Assembly (NCBI GenBank): GCA_910585265.1
Contig: CAJUCA010000005.1
Span: 11,343-35,342, forward strand
DNA from: an uncultured Oscillospiraceae bacterium
GTDB taxonomy: Bacteria; Bacillota; Clostridia; Oscillospirales; Oscillospiraceae
Reading direction: 5' to 3'
DNA: 24,000 bases
The position numbers were made by a program, and so were the translations under genes. The stretch's first letter is position 1; every line of letters begins with the position of its first letter. Shown here in pieces: positions 1 through 8,841 of the stretch. Under the pieces are notes generated by a model that worked only from the letters and a program-made list of their open reading frames with translations, had not been told where the DNA came from and did not search any database.

Positions 1-2
1 CC

Positions 3-599
3 CAGGGCATCAAGGGCAGCAACCTGTTCCGCACCGTGTTCTTTATGCCCAACCTCATCGGCGGCATTGTGCTGGGCTATATCTGGTCCATGATCTTCGA
101 CGGCATCCTCAGCCGCTGGTCCACCTCCATTCTGATGAACAGCAAATTCGGCTTCTGGGGGCTGATCATCCTCATGTGCTGGCAGCAGATCGGCTATATG
201 ATGATCATCTATATCGCCGGGCTCCAGAACGTCCCCGGCGAGATGCTGGAGGCCGCCCGCATCGACGGGGCCACCCGCTGGCAGACCCTGTTCAAAGTCA
301 CCATCCCCAACGTGATGCCCTCCATCACCATCTGTATGTTCCTGTCCCTCACCAACGGCTTCAAGCTGTTTGACCAGAACCTGGCCCTCACCGCCGGGCA
401 GCCCTTCACCATCATGCCCGACGGCTCCACCGTCAAGCAGACGGAGATGCTGGCCCTGAACATCTTCAACACCTTCAACACCCCCAGTGCCACGTCCCAG
501 GGCACCGCCCAGGCCAAGGCGGTTATCTTCTTCGTGCTGGTGGCGGGGCTGGGCCTGGCCCAGCTGGGCTATACCCGTAAAAGGGAGGTACAGCAGTGA
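3..599 (+). CDS. Sugar ABC transporter permease (MalF/UgpA-type), 5'-partial
   Basis: The frame is open from the window edge (first full codon at 3: QGIKGSNLFRTVFFMPNLIGGIVLGYIW...). It has hydrophobic segments and the EAARIDGATRWQ permease loop. Its stop TGA 597-599 overlaps the start of the next permease. Confidence 0.85.
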   Translation, partial: QGIKGSNLFRTVFFMPNLIGGIVLGYIWSMIFDGILSRWSTSILMNSKFGFWGLIILMCWQQIGYMMIIYIAGLQNVPGEMLEAARIDGATRWQTLFKVTIPNVMPSITICMFLSLTNGFKLFDQNLALTAGQPFTIMPDGSTVKQTEMLALNIFNTFNTPSATSQGTAQAKAVIFFVLVAGLGLAQLGYTRKREVQQ

Positions 600-1456
600 T
601 GAACAAAAAAGCCATGTCCCCCGAACGCCGCCGGAAGGCCATCCTGTCCGTGACCCTGGCCGTGATCTGCGTCATCTACGTGCTGCCCGTGCTGGCGGTG
701 GCCATCAACTCCTTCAAGCTGAACACCTTTGTCAAGACCGACACATTCGCCCTGCCCACCGGCGAGATGTGGGCCGGGTTTGACAACTTCATCAAGGGCA
801 TGACCTTCGGCAACTACCCCTTCGCCGACAGCGTGAAGTACAGCGTGATCATCACCGTGCTGTCCACCGCCCTGATCCTGCTGTGCACCTCCATGGCGGC
901 ATGGTACATCGCCCGGGTGAACTCCTTCTTCTGCAAGGTGCTCTACTTCCTGTGCGTCTTCTCCATGGTGGTGCCCTTCCAGATGGTGATGTACACCCTG
1001 TCCAAGACCGCCGACAGGCTGAAGCTCAACACCCCCTGGACCATCCCCATCGTCTACCTGGGCTTCGGCGCGGGCCTCGCCATCTTCATGTTCGTGGGCT
1101 TCGTCAAGTCCATCCCCCTGGAGATCGAGGAGGCCGCCGCCATCGACGGCTGCGGGCCGCTGCGCACCTATTTCTCCGTGGTGCTTCCCATGCTGAAGCC
1201 CACCATGATCTCCGTGGGCATCCTGGAGATCATGTGGGTGTGGAACGACTACCTGCTCCCCTCCCTGGTGCTGAATATCACCAAATACCGCACCATCACC
1301 ATCCACATCCAGTACCTGAAGGGAAGCTACGGCACCGTGGACCTGGGGGCCACCATGGCCCTGATCCTGCTGTCCATCATCCCGGTGATCGTGTTCTACC
1401 TCACCTGCCAGAAGCACATCATCAAGGGCGTGGCCGCGGGCGCGGTGAAGGGTTAA
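596..1456 (+). CDS. Sugar ABC transporter permease (MalG/UgpE-type)
   Basis: 286 aa, multi-TM, with the EEAAAIDGCGPLRTYF permease signature. The GTG 596 / ATG 599 start overlaps the upstream stop, suggesting translational coupling. The exact start is uncertain by one codon. Confidence 0.9.
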   Translation: MMNKKAMSPERRRKAILSVTLAVICVIYVLPVLAVAINSFKLNTFVKTDTFALPTGEMWAGFDNFIKGMTFGNYPFADSVKYSVIITVLSTALILLCTSMAAWYIARVNSFFCKVLYFLCVFSMVVPFQMVMYTLSKTADRLKLNTPWTIPIVYLGFGAGLAIFMFVGFVKSIPLEIEEAAAIDGCGPLRTYFSVVLPMLKPTMISVGILEIMWVWNDYLLPSLVLNITKYRTITIHIQYLKGSYGTVDLGATMALILLSIIPVIVFYLTCQKHIIKGVAAGAVKG

Positions 1457-1618
1457 TTCCCGCAAGCCTTCCCCCCACAGGGGGCGGATGAGGGGCGGTG
1501 GGTAGAGATACCCCGTCCAAGGCATGGGATCACCATGCGCACCCCCTTGCCGCACCCTTATCCGTCACGGCTTCCCCCTTCCAGGGGGAAGGCCAGTACC
1601 CGAACAGGAGGGATACCG

Positions 1619-2632
1619 ATGACCATCAAGGATATCGCGAAGCTGTCGGGCGTGGGTGTGGCCACCGTGTCCCGGGTGCTGAACCACCACCCCGACGTGT
1701 CCGAGGACACCCGGCGGAAGGTGCTGGCGGTGGTGGAGGAGCAGGGCTTCCAGCCCAACACCAACGCCAAGCACCTCAAGCAGCAGACCAGCGCGTCGGT
1801 GGCGGTGATCGTCAAGGGCACCATGAATATGCTGTTCGCCGACCTGGTGGAGCGGTGCCAGCAGCTTTTGCAGGACGCGGGCCGGGACGCGGCGGTGTAC
1901 TACCTGGACGAGGACGCCAACGAGGTGGCCTACGCCCTCCAGCTCTGCCGGGAGCGCAAGCCCCTGGGCATCCTGTTCCTGGGCGGCGATCTGGAGTTCT
2001 TCCAGGCGGAGTTCGGGGGCATCTCCGTGCCCTGCGTCCTGCTGACCAACTCCGCCCGGGAGCTGGACTTCCCCAACCTGTCCTCCCTCACCACCGACGA
2101 TGAGGAGGCCGCCCGGCAGGTGGTCCGCTTCCTGGCGGACCGGGGCCACCGGCACATCGGCCTGCTGGGCGGAAACTGGTCGTGCACCCAGATCAGCTAC
2201 CGCCGGGTCCGGGGCTGCCAGAAGGCCCTGGACGAGCTGGGCCTGCCCTTCGACCCCCGCTGCTGCGAGCCCTGCCGCTACTCCCTGCCCGACGCCTACG
2301 ACACCACCAAGCGTCTGCTGGCCCGGTGCCCGGAGCTCACCGCCCTGTTCTGCATCAGCGACGTGATGGCCATGGGGGCCATCCGGGCCATCCGGGACCT
2401 GGGCCGGAAGGTGCCGGAGGACGTGTCCGTGGTGGGGTACGACGGCATCCCCCTGTCCCAGTTCTCCGTCCCCCGGCTGGCCACCGTCCGGCAGGATACC
2501 CAGCGTCTGGCCGAGCAGGGGGTAGAGCTGCTGCTCCAGGGGCTTCAGCGGCCCTGCCGCCCCGTCCACGGCGTGGTCCCCTTCCAGCTCATACCCGGGG
2601 GGAGCGTAGCCCCGCCCCGGCCCCAGCCCTAA
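1619..2632 (+). CDS. LacI-family transcriptional regulator
   Basis: N-terminal HTH MTIKDIAKLSGVGVATVSRVLN followed by a sugar-binding-fold domain. RBS AGGAGGG at 1606-1612 precedes ATG 1619. The ORF-track start at 1535 only adds 28 Pro/Arg-rich residues. Confidence 0.9.
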   Translation: MTIKDIAKLSGVGVATVSRVLNHHPDVSEDTRRKVLAVVEEQGFQPNTNAKHLKQQTSASVAVIVKGTMNMLFADLVERCQQLLQDAGRDAAVYYLDEDANEVAYALQLCRERKPLGILFLGGDLEFFQAEFGGISVPCVLLTNSARELDFPNLSSLTTDDEEAARQVVRFLADRGHRHIGLLGGNWSCTQISYRRVRGCQKALDELGLPFDPRCCEPCRYSLPDAYDTTKRLLARCPELTALFCISDVMAMGAIRAIRDLGRKVPEDVSVVGYDGIPLSQFSVPRLATVRQDTQRLAEQGVELLLQGLQRPCRPVHGVVPFQLIPGGSVAPPRPQP

Positions 2633-2647
2633 CCTGACAAAACCCGA

Positions 2648-2681
2648 GCCGCCGGACCTGTTCCACGGTCCGGCGGCTTTG
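2648..2681 (+). terminator. Rho-independent terminator after the LacI-family gene
   Basis: An 11-bp perfect stem GCCGCCGGACC (2648-2658) / GGTCCGGCGGC (2667-2677) with loop TGTTCCAC, followed by TTTG. Confidence 0.7.
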
Positions 2682-2701
2682 ACGAAAGGTGGAACCTTCT
2701 G

Positions 2702-4186
2702 ATGCGATCCGCCGGCATTTTAATGCCCATCTCCTCCCTGCCCTCCCCCTGCGGCATCGGCTCCCTGGGGCAGGCCGCCCGGGACTTTGTGGACTTCCTG
2801 GCCGCCGCCGGGCAGTCCTACTGGCAGATCCTGCCCATCTGCCCCACCAGCTACGGGGACTCCCCCTACCAGTCCTTCTCCTCCTTTGCCGGAAACCCCT
2901 ATTTCATCGACCTGGACACCCTGGCGGACTGGGGCTTTCTGGAGCCGTCCGATTACCGGGACATTGACTGGGGAAGCGACCCTTCCAAAGTGGACTACGG
3001 GCTGATGTACCGGGAGCGGTTCGCCGTCCTGCGCAAGGCCTGTGCCCGGATGGGCCGGGGGGACCTGTTCGAGCTGCGGGGCGTCCTCCCCAACGCCCGC
3101 TGGCTGGACGACTACGCCCTGTTCATGGCCCTCAAGGACAAATTCGGCGGGGCGTCCTGGTTCCAGTGGCCGGAGGAGCTGCGGCGGCGTGACCCCGCCG
3201 CCCTGCGTGCCGCCAAACAGGAGCTGCGGGAGGACATCCGGTTCTGGACCACAGTCCAGCTCCTCTTTTTCAACCAGTGGTGGAATCTGAAGGAGTACGC
3301 CAACGGGAAGGGTGTGTCCATCATCGGCGACCTGCCCATCTACGTGGCGGGGGACAGCGCGGACGTGTGGGCCAACCGGACCCAGTTCCAGCTGGACGAA
3401 AACCTCCTCCCCACCGAGGTGGCCGGCTGTCCCCCCGACGGCTTCGCCGCCGACGGCCAGCTCTGGGGCAACCCCCTCTTTGACTGGGAACGGATGCGGG
3501 AGGACGGCTACCAGTGGTGGCTGGAGCGCGTGGCCTTCCAGCTGGAGATCTATGACGTGCTGCGCATCGACCACTTCCGGGGCTTCGAGTCCTATTACGC
3601 CATCCCCTACGGGGAGGCTACCGCCAAAAACGGCCGCTGGCGTCCCGGCCCCGGCCTGGACTTCTTCCGGGCCGTCCACGAAAAGCTGGGGCGGCAGAAC
3701 ATCATCGCCGAGGACCTGGGCTTCCTCACCGACCCGGTGCGGGAGCTGCTGCGGGAGACGGGCTACCCCGGCATGAAGGTGCTGGAGCTGGCCTTTGACA
3801 GCCGGGACCCCGCCCCCGGCTACCTGCCCCACTGCTACCCCGCCAACTGCGTGGCCTACCCCGGCACCCACGACAACGACACCATCCTGGGCTGGCTGGC
3901 CCACGCCGACCCCAAAGACGCCGCCTTCGCCAAGGCGTACCTGCGCCTGAACCGGCGGGAGGGCTACCACTGGGGCATGATCCGCGCCGCCTGGGCCTCC
4001 CCGGCGGATCTGGCGGTGATCCAGGCCCAGGATCTGCTGGGCCTGGGCAGCGAGGCCCGGATGAACACCCCCTCCACCCTGGGGGGGAACTGGCAGTGGC
4101 GGGCCCTGCCCGGGGCCTTCCCTCCCCGCCTGGCCCGCCGCCTGCGCCGGGAGATGGAGGTATACCAGCGCGCCCCCCGGCCCTGA
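2702..4186 (+). CDS. malQ: 4-alpha-glucanotransferase (amylomaltase, GH77)
   Basis: 494 aa. It has the typical MalQ N-terminus RSAGILMPISSLPSPCGIGSLG, plus YWQILP, GNPLFDW and RIDHFRGF blocks. RBS AAAGGTGG lies upstream. Confidence 0.95.
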   Translation: MRSAGILMPISSLPSPCGIGSLGQAARDFVDFLAAAGQSYWQILPICPTSYGDSPYQSFSSFAGNPYFIDLDTLADWGFLEPSDYRDIDWGSDPSKVDYGLMYRERFAVLRKACARMGRGDLFELRGVLPNARWLDDYALFMALKDKFGGASWFQWPEELRRRDPAALRAAKQELREDIRFWTTVQLLFFNQWWNLKEYANGKGVSIIGDLPIYVAGDSADVWANRTQFQLDENLLPTEVAGCPPDGFAADGQLWGNPLFDWERMREDGYQWWLERVAFQLEIYDVLRIDHFRGFESYYAIPYGEATAKNGRWRPGPGLDFFRAVHEKLGRQNIIAEDLGFLTDPVRELLRETGYPGMKVLELAFDSRDPAPGYLPHCYPANCVAYPGTHDNDTILGWLAHADPKDAAFAKAYLRLNRREGYHWGMIRAAWASPADLAVIQAQDLLGLGSEARMNTPSTLGGNWQWRALPGAFPPRLARRLRREMEVYQRAPRP

Positions 4187-4196
4187 CCCGCGCAAA

Positions 4197-4228
4197 ACGG
4201 CCCCGCCCTCCAATGAGAGCGGGGCCGT
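4197..4228. terminator. Shared hairpin terminator between convergent malQ and the hydrolase gene
   Basis: Stem ACGGCCCCGC (4197-4206) / GCGGGGCCGT (4219-4228). The T-run (TTTTG) follows only on the minus-strand reading, so it serves the hydrolase/FDP operon better than malQ. Confidence 0.6.
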
Positions 4229-4232
4229 TCCA

Positions 4233-5183
4233 TTATCCCATATGCTTGCCGAGGAACCCCTCCACCGTGGCCCAGTACGTCTCCGGAGCCACGCCGGACG
4301 CCTCCCCGTGGGCCGCGCCGGGGACGGACAGCTTCTCCTTGTCCGGGCTGGCGCACGCATCATACACCACGTCCAGCATCCAATAGGGCACGAAGTCGTC
4401 CTCCTCCCCGTGGATGAACAGGATGGGCAGGCTGGTCTTTGCCACCTGATCCGCCGCCGACGCCTCCTTGAAGCCGTACCCCGCCCGGATCTGGGTCACC
4501 AGGGAGGCCGCGTCCAGCACCGGGAAGGCGGGCAGGCCAAACATCTCCTTCAGCTGCCCCGCGAACTCGTCCCACACGGAGGAGTAGCCGCAGTCCTCAA
4601 TGACGCACTTCACCGCGGGGGACAGATCCTCCTCCCCGGCGGTCATCATCACCGTGGCCCCGCCCATGGACACGCCGAACAGCACCACCTCCGCCTGGGG
4701 GTCCTGCTCCACGATGGCGTCCACCCAGTCCACAATGTCCCGCCGCTCCGGCCAGCCCATTCCGGCGTACCGCCCCCCGCTGCGCTCATGTGAGCGGGCG
4801 GCGGGGGCCAGCACGCTGTACCCCATCTCGTAAAACTTCGCGGCGAACTTGCCCCCGTACTGGGGGATGGAGCCATAGCCGTGGCAGACCACGGCGTATT
4901 GGTGGCTGCCCTCCCGGGGAAGATAGAGGGCGTGAAGCTCCAGCCCGTCGTGGCTGGTGAGCCAGCGGTCCTCACTGTGCCCGGCAAACCAGGCGTACTC
5001 CCCCTCCAGCTCCAGGTTGTCCAGGTCATGGGCACTGAGCATACCGCCCCCCTGGGGGTCCAGGGCGAAGCGGAACAGGTAGTTCCCGGCGAAGGCCAGC
5101 CCTCCCGCCGCCAGCACCAGCAGGACCGCCAGGGCGATGAGGGCAATTTTCAGCCCCCGGCGTTTTTTCCCGACCTTCTCCAT
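4233..5183 (-). CDS. Membrane-anchored alpha/beta-fold hydrolase
   Basis: 316 aa with an N-terminal TM anchor (LKIALIALAVLLVLAAGGLAFAG). It has the HGYG oxyanion region, the GVSMGG nucleophile elbow and a C-terminal GAAHG. It starts 3 nt after the upstream gene's stop, so the two form an operon. Confidence 0.8.
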   Translation of the reverse strand: MEKVGKKRRGLKIALIALAVLLVLAAGGLAFAGNYLFRFALDPQGGGMLSAHDLDNLELEGEYAWFAGHSEDRWLTSHDGLELHALYLPREGSHQYAVVCHGYGSIPQYGGKFAAKFYEMGYSVLAPAARSHERSGGRYAGMGWPERRDIVDWVDAIVEQDPQAEVVLFGVSMGGATVMMTAGEEDLSPAVKCVIEDCGYSSVWDEFAGQLKEMFGLPAFPVLDAASLVTQIRAGYGFKEASAADQVAKTSLPILFIHGEEDDFVPYWMLDVVYDACASPDKEKLSVPGAAHGEASGVAPETYWATVEGFLGKHMG

Positions 5184-5186
5184 GGC

Positions 5187-6353
5187 TTACACCGCCCCGG
5201 CCATGGCCTTTGCCAGCTCCCCCATCTGCGCCCGGTTTTCCTCCGTGGCGGCGGAGCGAATGGTGATTTTCGGCTCCAGGATGGTCAGGCCCTTCATGGC
5301 CTCCAGCTCGCCCAGCATGGTTCTCAGGGCGGTGGGGCCCCAGGAGCCGTTCTCCATCAGGCCCACGGCCCGGTCCCGGAAGCCCTTGTGCTTCAGCCGG
5401 GCCAGGAACTGGGCCATGGGCGGGAACACCCCCCCGTCGTAGCTGGACGCCGCCAGCACCAGCCCGCTGTACCGGAAGGCCCCGGCCACCGCCTCCGCCC
5501 AGTCCCGGCGGGTGAGGTCCATGGCCTCCACCGCCAGCCCCTGGGCCTTCAGCAGCTCCGCCAGCTCCAGGGCGGCCCGGGCGGTGTTCCCGTGGATGGA
5601 GGCGTAGGCCACCAGCACGCCCTTCTCCTCCGGGACATAGCGGCTCCAGAGATCGTACTTCTCCAGGGCCAGGGTCAGCCCCTCCCCGGACAGCACCGGG
5701 CCGTGGAGGGGGCACACCCGCTTGATGTCCAACGCCGCCGCCTTTTTCAGCAGGGCCTGCACCTGTACGCCGTACTTGCCCACAATGTTCAGGTAGTACC
5801 GTCGCCCCTCGTCCACCCAGGGGGAGTCCGGGTCGGCGTCCCCGAAGCGGCCGAAGCCGTCGGCGGAGAACAGGGTGCCGCTGGCCTTCTCAAAGGACAG
5901 CATCACCTCCGGCCAGTGCACCATGGGGGCCATGGTGAACGCCAGGGTGTGCTCCCCCAGGGACAGCTCCTCCCCCTCCTTCACCACCAGGGCCCGATCC
6001 CCGTAGTCCAGCCCGGTGAAGGCCGCCAGCATGGGGAAGGTCTTGGCGTTGCCCACCAGCTTCATGTCCGGGTACTTGTCCGCCAGGACGCGGACGCCGC
6101 CCGCGTGATCCGGCTCCATGTGGTGGATCACCAGGTAATCTGGGGCGCGGCCCTCCAGGATCTCCTCCAGGTTGGCCAGCCACTCCTCCAGCTTCCGGGA
6201 GTCCACCGTGTCCAGCACCGCCGCCTTCTCGTCCAGGATCACCCAGGAGTTGTAGCTGACGCCGTTGGGCACGGCGTACTGGCTTTCAAACAGATCCAAA
6301 TCCCCGTCGAAGCAGCCCGCCGGGCGGATTGCCGGGTCAAATGTGGTATTCAT
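5187..6353 (-). CDS. Flavodiiron protein (A-type flavoprotein, FprA-like; metallo-beta-lactamase fold plus flavodoxin domain)
   Basis: 388 aa with the di-iron ligand motif HHMEPDHAGG (H-x-E-x-D-H). The C-terminal flavodoxin-like segment is VLVAYASIHGNTARAA. RBS AAGGAAGG lies upstream on the minus strand. Confidence 0.85.
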   Translation of the reverse strand: MNTTFDPAIRPAGCFDGDLDLFESQYAVPNGVSYNSWVILDEKAAVLDTVDSRKLEEWLANLEEILEGRAPDYLVIHHMEPDHAGGVRVLADKYPDMKLVGNAKTFPMLAAFTGLDYGDRALVVKEGEELSLGEHTLAFTMAPMVHWPEVMLSFEKASGTLFSADGFGRFGDADPDSPWVDEGRRYYLNIVGKYGVQVQALLKKAAALDIKRVCPLHGPVLSGEGLTLALEKYDLWSRYVPEEKGVLVAYASIHGNTARAALELAELLKAQGLAVEAMDLTRRDWAEAVAGAFRYSGLVLAASSYDGGVFPPMAQFLARLKHKGFRDRAVGLMENGSWGPTALRTMLGELEAMKGLTILEPKITIRSAATEENRAQMGELAKAMAGAV

Positions 6354-6401
6354 TACAGGTCACTGCCTTCCTTAAAATATGGTGTAGGTTGATCTCCCCC
6401 G

Positions 6402-6430
6402 ATCTTACTATGGACGGCCCCTCCCGTCAA
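6402..6430 (-). promoter_or_regulatory. Candidate sigma-70-type promoter for the FDP-hydrolase operon
   Basis: Minus-strand TTGACG (6430-6425), a 17-nt spacer, then TAAGAT (6407-6402), about 45 nt upstream of the ATG. Confidence 0.4.
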
Positions 6431-6463
6431 GCGGCAATTTGCCCAGATCCCGGCGGTTTTCCC

Positions 6464-6492
6464 TTGACTTTCCCAAGCGGCTCTGCTATGAT
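6464..6492 (+). promoter_or_regulatory. Candidate sigma-70-type promoter for degV
   Basis: TTGACT (6464-6469), a 17-nt spacer, then TATGAT (6487-6492), about 35 nt upstream of ATG 6527. Confidence 0.45.
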
Positions 6493-6526
6493 GTGATTAT
6501 CAATATGATGTTTGGGGTTTTTTTGT

Positions 6527-7363
6527 ATGAGCTTTAAAATCATTGTTGACAGCTGCTGTGACCTCAGCCCCGAGGTGCTGTCCACCGGGGTGTACCAGAG
6601 CATCCCCCTCACCATCCACGTGGGGGACAGCGAGTTCCGGGACGATGAAACCCTCCGCACCGAGGTGCTGGTGGACGCCATGGCCATGTGCCAGGAGGCG
6701 TCCCACACCGCCTGCCCCGCCCCGGCGGAGTATCTGGCGGCCTACGAGGCGGCGGAGGGGGACGTGTACGTGGTCACCCTGTCCGCCCTGCTGTCCGGCT
6801 CCCACAACAGCGCGTGGCAGGCCGCCCAGATCTTCCGGGAGGAGCACCCGGACCGGAACATCCACGTGTTCAACTCCTGCTCCGCCTCCGCCGGGGAGAC
6901 CCACATCGCCCTGGCCCTGTCCAAGCTGGCCTCCTCCGGAATGCCCTTCGGGGAGGTGGTGGCAGAGATGGACCGCCGCATCGCCCAGATGAACACCCTG
7001 TTCGTGCTGGAGAACCTGGACGTGCTGCGCAAGGCCGGGCGGCTCACCCGGGTGCAGTCCCTGGTCACCGGCGCGCTGCGGGTGAAGCTGGTGATGGGCT
7101 CCACCCCCCAGGGGGAGATCATGCGCCACGGACAGGCCCTGTCCATCAAGCAGGCCCTGAACAAGCTGTGCGCCATCATGGCGGCGGACCAGCGGCACCG
7201 GGGCCGGCTCCTGTGCATCTCCCACTGCCTGTGCCGGGAGCGGGCGGAGTACCTGCGGGCCCTGGCCTTCAAGACCTGCGACTTCGCCGACGTGCGCATT
7301 GAGGAGGCCCGGGGGATCAGCTCCTTCTACGCCAACTCCGGGGGCATTGTGGCGGCGTATTGA
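6527..7363 (+). CDS. DegV-family (fatty-acid-binding) protein
   Basis: 278 aa from ATG 6527. The N-terminus MSFKIIVDSCCDLSPE and the overall length fit the DegV family. The ORF-track start TTG 6512 is less likely. Confidence 0.85.
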   Translation: MSFKIIVDSCCDLSPEVLSTGVYQSIPLTIHVGDSEFRDDETLRTEVLVDAMAMCQEASHTACPAPAEYLAAYEAAEGDVYVVTLSALLSGSHNSAWQAAQIFREEHPDRNIHVFNSCSASAGETHIALALSKLASSGMPFGEVVAEMDRRIAQMNTLFVLENLDVLRKAGRLTRVQSLVTGALRVKLVMGSTPQGEIMRHGQALSIKQALNKLCAIMAADQRHRGRLLCISHCLCRERAEYLRALAFKTCDFADVRIEEARGISSFYANSGGIVAAY

Positions 7364-7381
7364 GCAAATTGAATCAAGACG

Positions 7382-7416
7382 GGGCCGCGGAGGACAGTGC
7401 CGCGGCCCTTTTCTTT
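7382..7416 (+). terminator. Rho-independent terminator after degV
   Basis: Stem GGGCCGCGG (7382-7390) / CCGCGGCCC (7400-7408) followed by TTTTCTTT. Confidence 0.75.
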
Positions 7417-7459
7417 CGCAAGTCTTAAAAAACTTTCCCTTCCCACAGGGGGCACTCTA

Positions 7460-7468
7460 TGTTATAAT
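7460..7468 (+). promoter_or_regulatory. Candidate extended -10 promoter element for glf
   Basis: TGTTATAAT (TG-N-TATAAT) lies 62 nt upstream of ATG 7530. The -35 region (TTCCCA) is poor. Confidence 0.35.
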
Positions 7469-7529
7469 TGCGATATCATTTGGCAAACTAAGGCGGGCGG
7501 GCCGCGCCCGTCCACAACAGAAAGCTGGG

Positions 7530-8732
7530 ATGAATTTGATGCAGTATGACGCGCTGGTGGTGGGCGCGGGCTACGCCGGGGCCATCACCGCCCGCCGCCT
7601 GGCGGAGGATGGCGGTAAAAAGGTGCTGGTGCTGGAGCGCCGCCCCCACGTGGCCGGCAACGCCTACGACTGCCCCGACGCAGCCGGGGTGCTGATCCAC
7701 CAGTACGGCCCCCATATCTTCCACACCAACGACAGGCGGGTGTTCGACTACCTGTCCCGGTTCACCAAATGGCGGCGTTACCAGCACCGGGTGATCGCCA
7801 ACCTGCCCCGGGATAATCCCGAGGTGGTGCCGGCCCACAAGACCACGGACGGGCGCTTCTTCTTCCCCGTCCCCTTCAACCTGGACTCCATGAAGAACGC
7901 CTTCGGCATGGAGGAGGGGAAGCGGCTGGGTCAAAAGCTGCTGGACGCCTACCCCGCCCAGAGCCAGGTTACCATCCTGGAGCTGCGGCAGAACCCCGAC
8001 CCGGAGATCGCCGCCATCGCGGACTATGTGTATGAGCACGTATTCGTCCACTACACCATGAAGCAGTGGGGGCAGAAGCCGGAGGACATCGACCCCAACA
8101 CCACCGCCCGGGTGCCGGTGCGCCTGTCCAGGGATGGCCGGTATTTCCAAGACGCCTATCAGGGGATGCCCCTGGAGGGCTATACCCCCATGTTTGAGCG
8201 GATGCTGGATCACCCCAACATCACGCTGGAGCTGAACACGGACGCGCTGAAGCGGCTGAAGCTGGAGGACGGCAGGATTCTGCTGGACGGCGAACCCTTC
8301 GGCGGCACCGTGATCTACACCGGGCAGGCCGACGAGCTGTTTGGCTTCCGGTTCGGCCCCCTGCCCTACCGCACCCTGGACTTCGGGTTCGAGACCCTGC
8401 CGCAGGACGCATTCCAGACCCACGGCACGGTGAACTATACCGTGGATCAGCCCTACACCCGCATCACCGAATTCAAGCACCTCACCGGGCAGGAGAAGCC
8501 GGATGCCACCACCATCATGAAGGAGTACTCCAAAGCCTGCACGGGGGCGGACGGCGAGATCCCCTATTACGCCATCATCAACCCGGAAAACAACGCCCTG
8601 TACGCCAAATACCAGGCGGAGGCGGACAAATTCCCCGGCCTGCGCCTGCTGGGCCGTCTGGCGGAGTACAAATACTATAACATGGACGCCATCGCCGCAA
8701 GGGCATTGACCCTCACAGACGGTATGCTTTGA
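7530..8732 (+). CDS. glf: UDP-galactopyranose mutase
   Basis: 400 aa with the FAD-binding VVGAGYAG motif. It also has the HQYGPHIFHT, YTMKQWG, YQGMPLEGYT and GRLAEYKYYNMD blocks typical of Glf. The start is ATG 7530 or ATG 7539; the ORF-track start at 7299 is a GC artefact. Confidence 0.93.
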   Translation: MNLMQYDALVVGAGYAGAITARRLAEDGGKKVLVLERRPHVAGNAYDCPDAAGVLIHQYGPHIFHTNDRRVFDYLSRFTKWRRYQHRVIANLPRDNPEVVPAHKTTDGRFFFPVPFNLDSMKNAFGMEEGKRLGQKLLDAYPAQSQVTILELRQNPDPEIAAIADYVYEHVFVHYTMKQWGQKPEDIDPNTTARVPVRLSRDGRYFQDAYQGMPLEGYTPMFERMLDHPNITLELNTDALKRLKLEDGRILLDGEPFGGTVIYTGQADELFGFRFGPLPYRTLDFGFETLPQDAFQTHGTVNYTVDQPYTRITEFKHLTGQEKPDATTIMKEYSKACTGADGEIPYYAIINPENNALYAKYQAEADKFPGLRLLGRLAEYKYYNMDAIAARALTLTDGML

Positions 8733-8735
8733 AAA

Positions 8736-8770
8736 CCCAGCCGAAGCCCAGCGAAGCGGGTTCGGCTGGG
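8736..8770 (+). repeat. GC-rich hairpin module directly 3' of the glf stop
   Basis: A 10-bp perfect stem CCCAGCCGAA / TTCGGCTGGG encloses GCCCAGCGAAGCGGG, which contains a GCGAAGC mini-hairpin. It is related to the module at 15801-15843. Confidence 0.55.
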
Positions 8771-8841
8771 AGAGGAGGCGCAGCGGAACGGGCGGATATC
8801 CGGCGCAGCCGGATGGAGCTGAGTGGAGCTCGTGCCGACGA

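Noticed and set aside
1541-1575. C-rich similarity between 1541-1575 (TGCGCACCCCCTTGCCGCACCCTTATCCGTCACGG) and 10484-10512 (TTTGCGCCCTTGCCCCGCCCCCTTCACGAAAGG), plus recurrent CCCACAGGGGG-type hairpins at about 1477, 7443 and 10455-10480.
   Set aside because: These are low-complexity C/G runs that need several gaps to align. The evidence is insufficient to call a repeat family by eye.
2660-2695. A 7-nt complementarity between the LacI terminator loop (GTTCCAC, 2660-2666) and the malQ RBS region (GTGGAAC, 2689-2695), as a possible RBS-sequestering switch.
   Set aside because: It is only 7 bp and has no supporting alternative structure. Chance complementarity is plausible, and it cannot be evaluated without comparative data.
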